Source: Podarcis tiliguerta (Eukaryota). Taken from it: a DNA stretch of 64,000 nt. Below the pieces are notes generated by a model. It saw only the letters and a program-made list of their open reading frames with translations. It made no database searches and was not told the origin of the DNA. The first letter of the stretch is position 1, and every line of letters begins with the position of its first letter. Location: the NCBI GenBank assembly GCA_965153285.1, contig OZ229112.1; one strand, written 5' to 3'. Below, piece by piece: positions 12,745-25,068 of this stretch. A program made the position numbers and the translations under genes.

Positions 12745-15700
12745 TAAAATACTTAATAGCATTCACCTTTGTATCATTCAGGCAAAAGTGAATTAAACAT
12801 AACAAACTTTGCATAGTGCTCTATGGTTTGTTTACTATCTCTGCACTAGACGTATTGTGTAAGTTTAGCAACTGTTGCTATTTTCTATACTTCAGGGCAA
12901 AATCCTATTAAACAACGTAAAGGGCTATCAGATTTAGGACAAGCCCTGGGGGAATCGCAAATATGACACCACCACAAAAGAGTCAGAAGTACAAAGCCAT
13001 TGGAACAACAAAATCAAGTAAAGTCATGGTTGGGATTTGGGTAGCACAGGGAAGGAGCATGCTTACACTAAATCCTAAAATGTGGTTGTCAAGGGCAGAG
13101 GGATAGTCTGTCTATGCAGGAGCCAGACTCCTTTTGTATTTTCTGGTTGACTGTATTTCTCCTTCCCTACTAGGCTGAGCCCTGGCTATAGTGCATATTC
13201 CACTTGATGTTTTGAATCTTTGGTCCTGGAGAAATGTGAATGTAGGATTGCTCTGACTGATGGAGATGCACAGGCCAGAGAAAATGCCTGGGTTGGATGA
13301 ATGTAGATATTAGACCTCATTTAGCCTATATATAACTTAAGAGAGTCTCAGGTTTCACATCAAAAATCTATTGCTTGTGCAAGACCTCATGTGACATTTC
13401 TTAGTTTGCAATCTCATCTTGACCCAGTTTTTTAATTTTGAAAAAGTTTTTTAAAATAAAAATAAAACAGGTAGGTTTTTTGAAAACGGCAAAAACATGC
13501 CAGACAAACTTACAGAAATCAAAGAAATCTGAAAGTATATCACAATAATTAATTTCTCACATACAAAGAGAAAATGTGTAGAATACTAAACAAGTACGAG
13601 GGGAGAATCTGAAACTACACAGAATTGCACTGATGCTAAAGATGCAGATACGGCAATTAAATTAAGAAAAGAAAACCATCCTTGAAAACATCAGTCTCTT
13701 TGTGGAACTTCACAAAATTCCTGTCTAGCAAAGAAGAAGGGATGAGGCCCTGAACTGACATTATTATTTTTCTACTGTATCTGTAGCAGTATGACAGCAC
13801 ATTTCTTTGAAGTGCTAATGACAAAATGAAGTGTCTGATTTCACTCTGGAGGTGTTCCCAGCTCTCATGCATTAGACATGCTAATCAGCAAGAAACTGGT
13901 TAATGCACAAAGTATTTGAAATGTACGCCTCAGTGTCATGGTACCGGTGTATAAGAGGGTTTTGCCAGTTGCACTCAATCTGTTCTAAAATAGATGGGAA
14001 GAGTTACAAGTTTTTAATGTTCAGAAAGAAAGAGACTGCAGTGTGAAGCTGCAAGCCTCATTTGATATGAGAATTCAAGGAGGGATAATTGATCATTAGG
14101 GAAATATTAAATCAGTATTTTAAATCTGGTGCACCTGCACCTTCCAAAGGGAGTGGTTGCAGGAGAAGTGATGCTTTGATTAACTTAGGCTTCAGTCCTA
14201 TGCCTATTTACCTAGGAGTAAGCCCCACTTCTGCTACAATGCAATCCTATGAATGTTTACTCGGCTCTGCTCAACACACTTGGACTTACTTCAAAGTCAA
14301 CATGCATAGGTTTGCTTTGTCTATATTTAATGTTTATGGACTCTGTTTTATTCTCCTCCCAGGCGACAATCGATAAATGAAATTGGACCATACCTGACTA
14401 TAAAAGGTCTCCCCTTCAAGGAATGCATAATTCCCTATCAAAGGTATCTCCTTTCAAGGAATGGCAGAAGGCCAGTTGATAAATATATGTACTGTACTTC
14501 ACTTTATTTTTCATCACTTGATTAGTCAACAAATGGTGGCTAATTGTGTGAACAAACCCCAATTTGTGGAAGTGATATGTGAAAGTTCTGTATCTGGCGT
14601 TTGATCTGTAATGGCTCATTCATGTGCAAACCAACACTTAATGGTGCAGTCTTCAGTTGATGCGTGAACCAGCTTGGACTCTTCAACAACTTGTCACACA
14701 CAGCACAGTACTGACCTTTTTGGGGGGTCTCCCCCTCTAGTACTCAGTCTATTTGAAAATCTTGATGTGAGTTCTATGAAAGGTTCTGATCAGTACAGAA
14801 GCAAGATGGAACATGAATTTTAAAAGCTTAAATTTCCATATAGTGCAAAGGTAACGGTATAATAAGTGTCCCAAATCTGTCCCTACAGATTTTGCATTCC
14901 ATGTACAGTCAAGAAAAATGTGGATAAAGCCATTAAGCTACCGAAGTTGCATCATCTATGATTTTATGTTTCTGGAATTCCACTGTCCCTCTTTCTTCCA
15001 TTGCCTTTTAAAAACAAAACTGTAGCGTGGGAAGGGGCAAAGCAGGGAGAAGTGATCCCCCAAATATATTTCTTTATCTCCATGTCTGACAAAGAAGGTA
15101 TGCTTCACATGGCTCCTCAGTTTCTCAGGCTAAAAGAAAATGCCTATTTCTGAATTTTAATATTTGACAATTGCTGAACTATTTTGAATGATTGCATGGA
15201 TACTTTTTACCTTTATCAACAACAAAAGTCTTAAAAGGTGGATTTTTACTGCAGCTGGCAAGGGTAAGCTAACACATAACCCCCTCTCTGCTAGCCTTTG
15301 TCAGTAGGAAGAGAATCTCCAGCTGAGAGACAGGACCACTGCCACACTAGAGGTTCCAGCTTCACCCAACATGGTACCACTGGCAGTTCTCCTTCCAGCA
15401 GAAAGGACCAACATAGATATGTTGTTTGAAAAGCCACATGATAGTGTGGTACCCAGGAATTGACACAATGTTCTAAATGACGTTTAAACAGTGCAGCATT
15501 ATAATTTCTGATAGTCAGACATACTAAATCAGGGCATCTGACATCTGTAAAACACATGGGGATTATGCTAATCCACATGTTGATAACTTTTGGTCCATAG
15601 GATCAATGTAGGTGGACAGCAGAACTGGGGGGGGGGGGGGACAGCAACAATAGCACCAAACTGTACACTATTTGTTCTCTCTTTTATCCCATCTTTTCAC

Positions 15701-16962
15701 TAAGTACTACAGTGAGTGGGGAAGTGCCTTTGTCTTGGACACATTGGTTTAGTGATGACAATTTAATGCTCTTTTTTTGAAGTCACAGAATCACCCTGTT
15801 GGTTGACATGCATTATGTGACAGTGCCCCAAAATCCTTCTAAGTAGCCAATTATTCCCTTCTTGTGCGAATTATACATTTTGTCAAAGCACTGGCAAATG
15901 TTTCTTAATACTGAAATAAGCCTTAAAAGCAGAAGAAACTTGCTGGTTCCTAAGACAGGAAATCTTTCTACATTTTGATCACAAGGGACGTCCCACTGAA
16001 GAAGGTATGTCAACACCTAAAGTACTGGAAGGGGTTTTCAAAATTATTTGGCAGTGCTGGCTGGAGCTGATGGGAGTTGCAGAACAAAACATTTGCAGGG
16101 CACGAAGTTGGGGGAGGCTGGTAGAAAATGTTATATTCAAGGACACAAACAAGACAAAATGTATAATATATACAAGTGCCAGAAGATAATAACTGGCTAG
16201 GTGATAGCACTACTTAGAAATTTGGCACCCGATGCAAGACCTGCTGAGATTTGTTCTACTCTGAGCTCCCGGGTGCAAACCCTGCTTCCTTTGCAAACAC
16301 AGCCTGACTTTTAAAACACACGATCAAACGATGCCGAAAGAGAAACAGGGCTTCTTTCTGTAGGATTTGCAGCCACCACTCTACCACTGACAGCCATCCA
16401 TCTCCAAGGTAGTGGTGGAGCTGAAACTAAGTACAAGATAGGATGCCATACCATATCAATATTGCTTAAAGAACATGTCTGTTAAAGGTATGTTTCTTAC
16501 TTGTTTTAATTTCCTGGTATTTTGGAGCTTAAGTGGACATGGAAAACCCCGGAACTTATTAAACTGCAAGGTTCCCCCCCCCCCCCCCCCGTTAATGGAA
16601 TATATTAGCAATCCATTATTCTGGGTAGCAATGAAAACCTCTGATTTTCCACAGAGCTTTGCATTTGAAAAACAAAGCTCTGAAGTGCTACGTTTCCTCA
16701 TGGAACCATTTTCCTTGGTTGATTACATCACCTTTCTTCAGGGTTTTAATAGCTTTGCTCTGAGGCCTGACACCTATTGTGAATGTTTTGACCCTGATTG
16801 CCTACTGGAACATGGCCTTCTACCCATTTCTCATAAGTGCACATTGAAAAACACTGCTTAAATGTTTTCCTACACTTTCTAGTTCCATCTCTGTCTTGGA
16901 CTAAAAGACACCAGCAGGAAACAACATTATTGCATTACATGGCTCAGCAGCGCCTTACTCAC

Positions 16963-17106
16963 CCACATGCGGACCAGCCCCTTTGCCTCACTGCACTGCG
17001 ATGTCAGGCCAAAACAGTAGCAGCTGCTGCAGCCAAGTGGGTGTCTGGCAGAGAGTCCAAACCTGCCAGGTTTGCACCTGTCACAGTAGACACCCTCCAC
17101 ATTAAC
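16963..17106 (-). CDS. LAMA2: LAMA2 exon 24 equivalent (end of LEb, start of L4b)
   Basis: cactag|GTT...TGG|gtgagt; 144 nt; VNVEGVYCDRCKPGRFGLSARHPLGCSSCYCFGLTSQCSEAKGLVRMW. Confidence 0.96.
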
Positions 17107-19136
17107 CTAGTGTAGAAAGAGGGAAACACTTTAGAGACAACAGCTCCTTTTCACACATCAAAACACTTGCACACTGTGTGGGTCTTACAGCAAGTAGTTA
17201 TCACAGTTAGATTATTTAAGATATATATTGACTTGGACAAACGGTAGTATGACGACCTGGAGATAAACATGCTGACGTCTGCAGAATACATTGCCATTGT
17301 ACAAAACTTCAGAAACTTACTTGTCTGCTATCCTGTATTTAAACATGCATCACTGGGAAGCATGAGAACTGAGTTCTAGATCATAATGGTTTAGCTCCAG
17401 AACAAGTTAATATCCAGCAAGGCTCATCACAGGGATACACAGATCTGGTTCATGCTTTCAATTGTAGATCAGTGCAAAACACCCAAATGTGCAAGTTTCC
17501 AGACAGGAGATTGTAGGCACTACACTCATCTCCTGGTTCTACTGCTACTAAGCTATGGTTTGCCTTAGCATGTCATCTGGTTGCAGGCTGGTGGCTTGTC
17601 TCACTTCAGACAAACCATGAGCTACAACCAATGTGTTGCTTCCAGGTAGGCATAATAACGCAAGTATTTTGCCTTCAAACTCTGCTTGTGGGCTTTTCAG
17701 AAATATATAGTTGGGTACAGGGGCAAATAGGATTCTAGACTAGATGGACTTTTGGTTTGATCAAGCAGGGCTGCTCTTATGTTCTTCTTTAACTGTTTTT
17801 ACACATCATTTAACCATATAAATAAAGAGGGCAACGTAATGATCATTTACAATGGGGTAGTTACATTAAAGCCAATGAGGCTAAAAGTAAACAAACAGTC
17901 AATGAATTGTGCCTTAAGAATGAGAAACAATTGTGAATATATTCCGGCAGTGTTTTAACACAGGCTGACCATGCTGAAGAAAAGTATTAAAGTATTAAAG
18001 TTTTCTACAATCCATGACAATTTGTCCTGGCAAGTGTGTGTGTGTGCATGTGCGCGTACGCATGCACGCACAATTCATTTTAGTGGGTATGATGTTAATT
18101 CTATACATCGTTGATTAAAAGAGCAAACCTCAGGGCACCATATACAAGTCAATTAAGACAATGAACTTGGATTTAAGATGATTTTGCAGCCTATTGATCC
18201 AGTGCAAGTCAAGATGCTATCATCTCAGGTTCATTATCCTACAACAACAACAGCTACACAAAGTTGGAATTCCCATGTGCTTTAAGGGCGATTTTCATTA
18301 CAACGTCCAAAACTGTAGCTGCTACAAATGCTGAGCTCTCAGTGCCACACAGAGAGGGTGGCACCCACTTCTCTCTTTCAAAATTCTAAATGTGTGCCCA
18401 TTGCACCAAAAAGGTTGGTGACCCCTGTAAATCAATGGCCCTGGTTCAATGGGAATAAAATAGTCAAAGCTAATTTGACCTGTTAATGTTTTGACGCTTG
18501 AAGCATGGCTAATTTGGATAGGGGCAAGTGTATGTGCCACATTCTGTGCATGCTGTCAGTCTGAACAGGACTTCTGTGTGTTGCACCATTGCAGGTGATC
18601 ACTAAAGGTGCCTAGCAAAGCTCTCCAGAGCCAGGCTTGGAAAGTAATTTTAAAGGCTCATTTAAACTGGCCTCGAAGATTAGTAATCCTTTACAAGCTC
18701 CCCCCCTTCCCCCCCCCCCCATTCACTCTGAAATCCAAACTAGAGAAGAATTGAAGGTTTCCCCAGAGGTGGGGAGAAGTCCACTTATTTTCTCTCTCTC
18801 CTGCAGCTTCCTAAATCTTTCTCCAAGTAGTTAATTTGAAGTGATCTTAGAAGAGCAAGCCAATCTCTAGTGGCCAATTCTCAGCTATCCCACCTCAGTG
18901 CCAACTTTTCTATACATTATTACATTGCTGCACTTGGTGGGGGTCTGTTTATCCCACTGGCTCCTAGGGGAAAGAAATGTGGAATGGTCTTTTGCTTTGG
19001 GACAGGGGCAGGTAGATCCCATGAGGCCAGGGAGGCCAACAACTAAGGAGCTATGAACTCTAGTCACCAGATATAACAGCCCCACTACTGGTCAATTATT
19101 GAAGGATGAGAGAAAGGTAGATCAAGAAACCTAGAT

Positions 19137-19273
19137 CAGGCATAGGCAAACTTGGCCCTCCAGATGTTTTGGGACTACAACTTTCCATCATCCCTAGCTA
19201 ATAGGACCAGTGGTGAGGGATGGTGGGAATTGCAGTCCCAAAACATCTGGAGGGCTGAGTTTGCCTATGCCTG
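19137..19273. mobile_element. hAT-type MITE (palindromic, 137 bp)
   Basis: TIR caggcataggcaaact / agtttgcctatgcctg; 8-bp TSD acctagat on both sides. Confidence 0.9.
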
Positions 19274-19686
19274 ACCTAGATAGATCAGGGATTTCTGTCT
19301 TGCTTCCTTCATCCCTTGAATGTATAGCAGAAAAAATGGAGTTCAGGACCTGCTGTTTCAGGATAACTGATGGCCTGTTCTTGCTGGAAACCATGCAGCA
19401 AGTCAAGACAAGCAGCCTTGTTCTAATCGTGTGCACTCAAGTTCATCAAACACAAGTGTAAAAAAGGCTGCACACTTTATAACTATTTACTTGGAATTAA
19501 AAAACACTGAAATCAATGAGGCTTACTGCTGAGGGGTTCAGGCTGTGAGTGTGTGACCTGGTGGAAGACACTTGCTATTATTTAATCAACAGCTGTCTAC
19601 CAATTTGAGCCAAATGAAAGATGCTATAGTGGAGAACACTGAGAGACGAAGATAAAATATTTGGTGACTAATATTTCTTCTCTTAC

Positions 19687-19923
19687 CTTGCAGGTGCATT
19701 GTCCTGTATGATCAGAACATGAACATTTTTCCATTTCTGAATCACAAGTGTGTGGCTCAGTCCCTGCCGCCAGGCATTCACAGGCAATGCACTGTGGGTA
19801 ATTGCGATATCCCAGCCTGCATTCAGTGCATTTATCCCCAGAGAATTCTGGGCGGCAGAAACAGCAGCCAGTGTCAGGGTTGCACTGGAAACTGAGAGAT
19901 CCAGCTGGACTGCAGTCACAAGC
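19687..19923 (-). CDS. LAMA2: LAMA2 exon 23 equivalent
   Basis: ctttag|GCT...AAG|gtaaga; 237 nt; ACDCSPAGSLSFQCNPDTGCCFCRPEFSGDKCTECRLGYRNYPQCIACECLAAGTEPHTCDSEMEKCSCSDHTGQCTCK. Confidence 0.96.
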
Positions 19924-20207
19924 CTAAAGAGAAGAGGAGATATTCCATAAGAACATTTAATGATTCTATGTTAAAGACTTTCATCTTTAACTGAAGAAAA
20001 ACAACTCCCACAAGAACAACTGAAACTATTGCCAATTGTCAACATATTTACATCAATAGGCTAGGCAACTATTTTGTGCAGGTAAAGAGTCCACACATAT
20101 TGGATTCATTTCTTAGGTATTTTGTCACTTGAAGGACATTTTTTTAAAGTACATGGACTGGTATGGGGGTGGGGTTTGTTTGACTCAAAAGACAGCTGAT
20201 GAATTTT

Positions 20208-20244
20208 TAAACAAACAAACAAACAAACAAACAAACAAACAAAC
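20208..20244. repeat. (AAAC)n microsatellite
   Basis: Direct reading; a similar run lies at 35987-36030. Confidence 0.95.
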
Positions 20245-22921
20245 GTGGTAGGGTGCTAAAATAAACCTCACAGGATCACAAAGCCTGCATGAAAACTAAG
20301 GTCCGATAAATTCCACTAGTGAATCAATGCTTGCACAATGTTTTGGAGCTCTTTGTTTTGAGAAAGTCTTCAATCAAATCAAAGAAACAACTTTTGCAAA
20401 CCCAGAAAGGATTCCTTCTGTCCTGGAATCTTTGTCCAGTTTGCAGAGAAGTTGAAAAGGCATTTGGGAGTAAGGATCACAATGTTAATTCTGTATTGAA
20501 CTTACATTTCAAATCTACAATAATGATACGAATCACCTCGGTGCTGATCCTAAATTTGGATACCTTAGATTAATTTAAAATAGCAGTTTGTTACTTTAAG
20601 GTTTGGTCTGCTCACATTTGTTATTACTATAGTTTGCAACTGTAAAATTCTTTTATGAATGGAAACTAGGAGGGATAAAAATTTACAGAGTCAGCAAAAT
20701 AATACGTATATTACCCAACCAATATACACTAGAAAATGCTCACTGGTGTTGTTGTGGCACTAGCAGAAATATATTCTATTTGGACACATGCATAAGAGGC
20801 ATGTTGTATCAAGAATTGTGGCTTATATTAACAGGCAAGAGTACAACAGCAGCCATAGGCACTCTTGTTAAAGATGAAAAGGTAGAGCTGGAAGGCTTTG
20901 AAAAAAGTTGCTAGAAATGCAGTAGGTTATGATTCACACTGAAATCCCATCAGAGAGATAATTGGCAACACCTCAAGTTGAAATCATAAGATGTGTTCCA
21001 AACCTCTATTTCGCTCAGTATATATGGCAGCCAAATTCTGGATTGTATGTATCTGGGACCACTAACAGTTAAGAATTGCCTGGCAGGCTTCTGTGTAGTC
21101 TAAGAATTAAAGCCTATTTGGAGCAGGAAGCCTGCACAGTAAGTGATGCCAGAGGATAATGCCTACTGGGCAAATTGTTCACCATATGCAGAGTAAATTA
21201 CAATCAAATGTAATGTTTGTTTTGCAAGGAGGAAGCTTCACGCAATCTTCCCCTGCCAGTGAGTTATGATGGGCTCTGAAATCGGCTCCACTAAAAGCTC
21301 AAGTGGAGAGGGGGCAATCGCACCTTGCCTTAGAGAAATTAGTTGCCATGCGTTAAAAGGGAAGACTTGGCTGACATATCATTATTAATTTAGAGAGGGA
21401 TGTGGCAGCTGCCATACTAATGCACTCATATAATAGACAAGGCGAGGATAGATAGAAGAGATCCCAGAGCTGAAACAGAGGTCCTCAACCCCTATTAAGC
21501 TGGTTTGCAGAAGCCTGGTGATCTGTGTGGTGAAGAAAGGCAGAGGTTTTGTGAGAGGAGCTTTACAACTCAAAAAGAAAATAAATTATTCTGCATTAGT
21601 TAACTGGTTTGAATGGCCATGAAAAACAGCCTTTTAAGAGAGAGCACTGTGGCATTTGAGTGCTTGCCTACACTGAAAAAAAAAACTACCACAATGTTAA
21701 GTTAGGCCTCTTTATGTTCCTATTAATGATCATTTGTACACACGCTTGATATGTGGTGATTTTAGTCTTTATAATGTCCATTTCCAATATATCTCTAAGA
21801 GATGGTAATTTTGATTCTCACATAATGAGAGGGACCTGGAAGTGAGAGAAAGTAACTTGCCTGAGGTCACACAGTGAACCTATGGCAGAGGTAGGAGGTG
21901 AATCACATCCAAAGCCATCATGGTATTCACCAGACTACAAGTTGGCTCAAGAAAGACAAAAGAAAATACTTTACATACGGCTCATCCAGACTTCTGCTTG
22001 TCCCACCACTTTCCCTCAGGAAAACTTGATCTTTACTGCTGAATCAGAGCAAACGTCAATCAGTTTCCCTGTGGACTGACGTTTGGTATGATTCAGTGAA
22101 GAGTGGGTTTTCTTGTGGAAAGCAGTGGGGCAAACAGAATCCATGCCTAGGAAGCGTGGGGCAAGTGAAAAACCATGCTTTCTAGGTATGGGGCAATGAG
22201 AAGTGTCAACAAACCCATAGTCAATGATAAAAGGCTTAGACAGATCCTAGGGCCTACGCCATGGATCCTTCATTTTATTTTATTTTATCATATTTGCATC
22301 AATCGTCTTTCACAGAGCTCAGGGTAGTATACATGGAGACGATTCCAATCTATCCTCATAGGTAAGTTGGGTTGAGTACCAAATGAAATATTATTTAGGA
22401 GATCCACAATTGATCCTGTAACTCAGATAGGACCTCTATTGTATCTTTGGCTTCAGTTTTTAATTGGGACAATGTAATACCAACTGCAGTTCTAATACTG
22501 CTCATGAAGACTGGTATCCTTGAATGACACTCAGAATTCTATTAAAATTGTGCTTGGAACAAAGAAAGCTTTGTCAGACACAATACAAAGCAGTCTGAGT
22601 TATCCTTAGGCTCACTTTGCCTTTGTTTTGTGAAAAGGGATAAAATGATATCCAAATTTGGACAGACTGTCCTTCTGACTTCAGTACACAACAGCTGAAA
22701 TAAGGTACATGTGGAGTTCGAACACTTTGTCTTCTGAAAGATGCAGCTCCAATTCAAATATAGCACATCCTGTCATCTGGGCCAATGCCAATGCTCACAA
22801 AAGAGAACTTCAGTTCTATGATTCTTTAGAAAACTCCCACTGTGTTTTTGGTTCCAAAGACTAGTAGTTTACCACATGGAAAGCAAAGAAACACACAGAG
22901 ATAAAATACAGGTTCACTCAC

Positions 22922-23058
22922 CTTGCACCCGCTGATAATGTCATGACCCCAGTGATTTGGTGCACATTTATCACACCTCTGTCCTACAGTATTGGGAGGG
23001 CAAATGCAACGGCCGGTGTGTGGATCACAATTATTACCAAGATGGGCACACTCACAAC
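22922..23058 (-). CDS. LAMA2: LAMA2 exon 22 equivalent
   Basis: atgaag|GT...AAG|gtgagt; 137 nt; CECAHLGNNCDPHTGRCICPPNTVGQRCDKCAPNHWGHDIISGCK. Confidence 0.96.
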
Positions 23059-24896
23059 CTTCATGGGGAAGATGAAGAGAAAGAAAACACGAAGCACATT
23101 GCTTAAAATATCTGAAGAAAGCAAATTCTGTCATCGTAATGTCAGTTGTCCAAAATTTTAGCTTTTTATATTGTACTGTGATGTTTCGTTTTATTGTTTG
23201 ATGGATAATTGTTTTGATCATCAACTCTATCATGTTTTATGGTTGTATGTTATGTGATCCCCATGGGTGGTAAAGACTGGTCCAGAAATGAATTAATAGT
23301 AATAATAATTTATCTGTAGCGGTGCATCTAACCATGGACTGGAGAGATGAAAACTGAGCCAAAGTCATGTACCCAGTTGGGTCTGATATAAAAATAATAA
23401 AAACAACAGTGGTAGAGTTCCAGCCATGAACTATGTATACGTGCCCACATCATGAAATGCCTGAGACTTTATAGAGCCATCACTTGCCACATCTATCAGC
23501 CACATGAGGCAACACATTGCCAGCATACTCTTGGGGCTCTAGCTATGCCTCAGTCTCTTTTCTTATAATGACCAGAATATAGAGTATGAAACACAATTTT
23601 AGATAAATGCTATCAGGACTGAGCAAACATTTTTATTTCTGAGAGCCAAGTGTGGTGGTAAGTGGTCAGTCAAGGTCCGTATGCCAGTGGATGTAACTGG
23701 AGCCCACACTCCCACCCCCTCCATTGTGATTTACATGGGGAGCAAAACATGTATATCACCCTTCCCAACACAACTGCACTCCCTTGTCTGCCAATATTTT
23801 TTTGATGGCAGTGTGATTTACATGAAAAACATGGTGCACAGACATGACTGTGCATCCTCCTTCACAATAATTCATTCATTCATTCATTCAATTTATATAC
23901 CCCATAGTTCCTTTCCAAAGGAGCCTGGGGCAGCAAACACATCTGTAGCAAAAATAAAACCACATGGCAGGTAGCAAACATTGAAATATGGTGGGTTTCT
24001 TGGACACCTATAGTGGGCTGCACTGAGGGCCTCTGAGACCCATAGGGTGCCCGCCTTATGCTAAGGTAACTTATTTGGTGCTGGAAAGATGGAGGTGGCT
24101 TGCTAGAATGGGGTCATTCTATTTAACTTTTGTCCTGCTCATAAGCTTTGCCTAATGAAGCAAGTATCCGTTTGGGGGGGAGGCAATATTCATACTGTAA
24201 AAATGGTATGAAGAAAAGAAGCTCCCTAGTGACTATCTAAACCCCACACTTATTCTTGGCTGCATTAAAAATATTTATTTATTTTTTTAAAAAAGAGAGG
24301 CAAGAATTCAAATCAAGATTCCCCATCTCATTTAGATACACGGTCTCAACCATGAATCAACTAGAGACCCGGCTGGCTTTGAAAATCTAATAGTATAGTG
24401 CACCCTCATATCATGCTGTCTTCTCTCTGAATGGAGAGTTGCTTGCTGGATGCAGTTTTGAAGTACCATTGAATTAATGGAAGTTTGTGTATCTCTTTGG
24501 AATATTCTTAAGCAGTCTGAAGGCATTTGGCTTTTCTCAGGGTTTTCAGACATCAGTATCATTGTCTTTAATTAAAAAGATTAACTGGTAAGCCATTATG
24601 CTGTTCTTTCCTCTGCCCCTTACAACGTACTAGAAAATGAAATTCCAGAACTCATTAAAAGTAGAAACAGACTCTCTTTATATCTCTTGCACATCTTTGG
24701 TCTTCAAATGTCAATACTCTGCTCCCCCCCCCCCTGTTTTGCTATATATCTGCCAGATTTATTATGCCAAATGACATTTCTTTCTATCATATTTCATTTC
24801 AGAGATGTAATGGCACCAGTCCCATAAGGGGGTTCTTCCCTTGTTAAAATGGCTGATGTAGTGGAAATGAAGCAATTTCTGTGGCTAAGAGATGCT

Positions 24897-25068
24897 CGAC
24901 TGTAGAATGGACTCCCACGAGAGGTGGTGGACTCTCCCTCCTTGGAGCCTTTTAAGCAGAGGTTGGATGACCATCTGTCATGTATGATTTAGTTGAGATT
25001 CCTGCAATGCAGGGGGTTGAACTGGATGACCCTTGGAGTCCCTTCCAACTCTGCGATTCTATGATTCT
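24897..25068 (+). mobile_element. CR1 LINE extreme 3' fragment
   Basis: gtggtggactctccctccttggag...agaggttggat...ccttccaactctgcgattctatgattct, homologous to the 3' end of the 33425 copy. Confidence 0.85.

Noticed and set aside
19687-19782. LE repeat with extra CSC pair (CDSEMEKCSCSDHTGQCTCK)
   Set aside because: The same arrangement is in human LAMA2 as I recall; conserved rather than novel.
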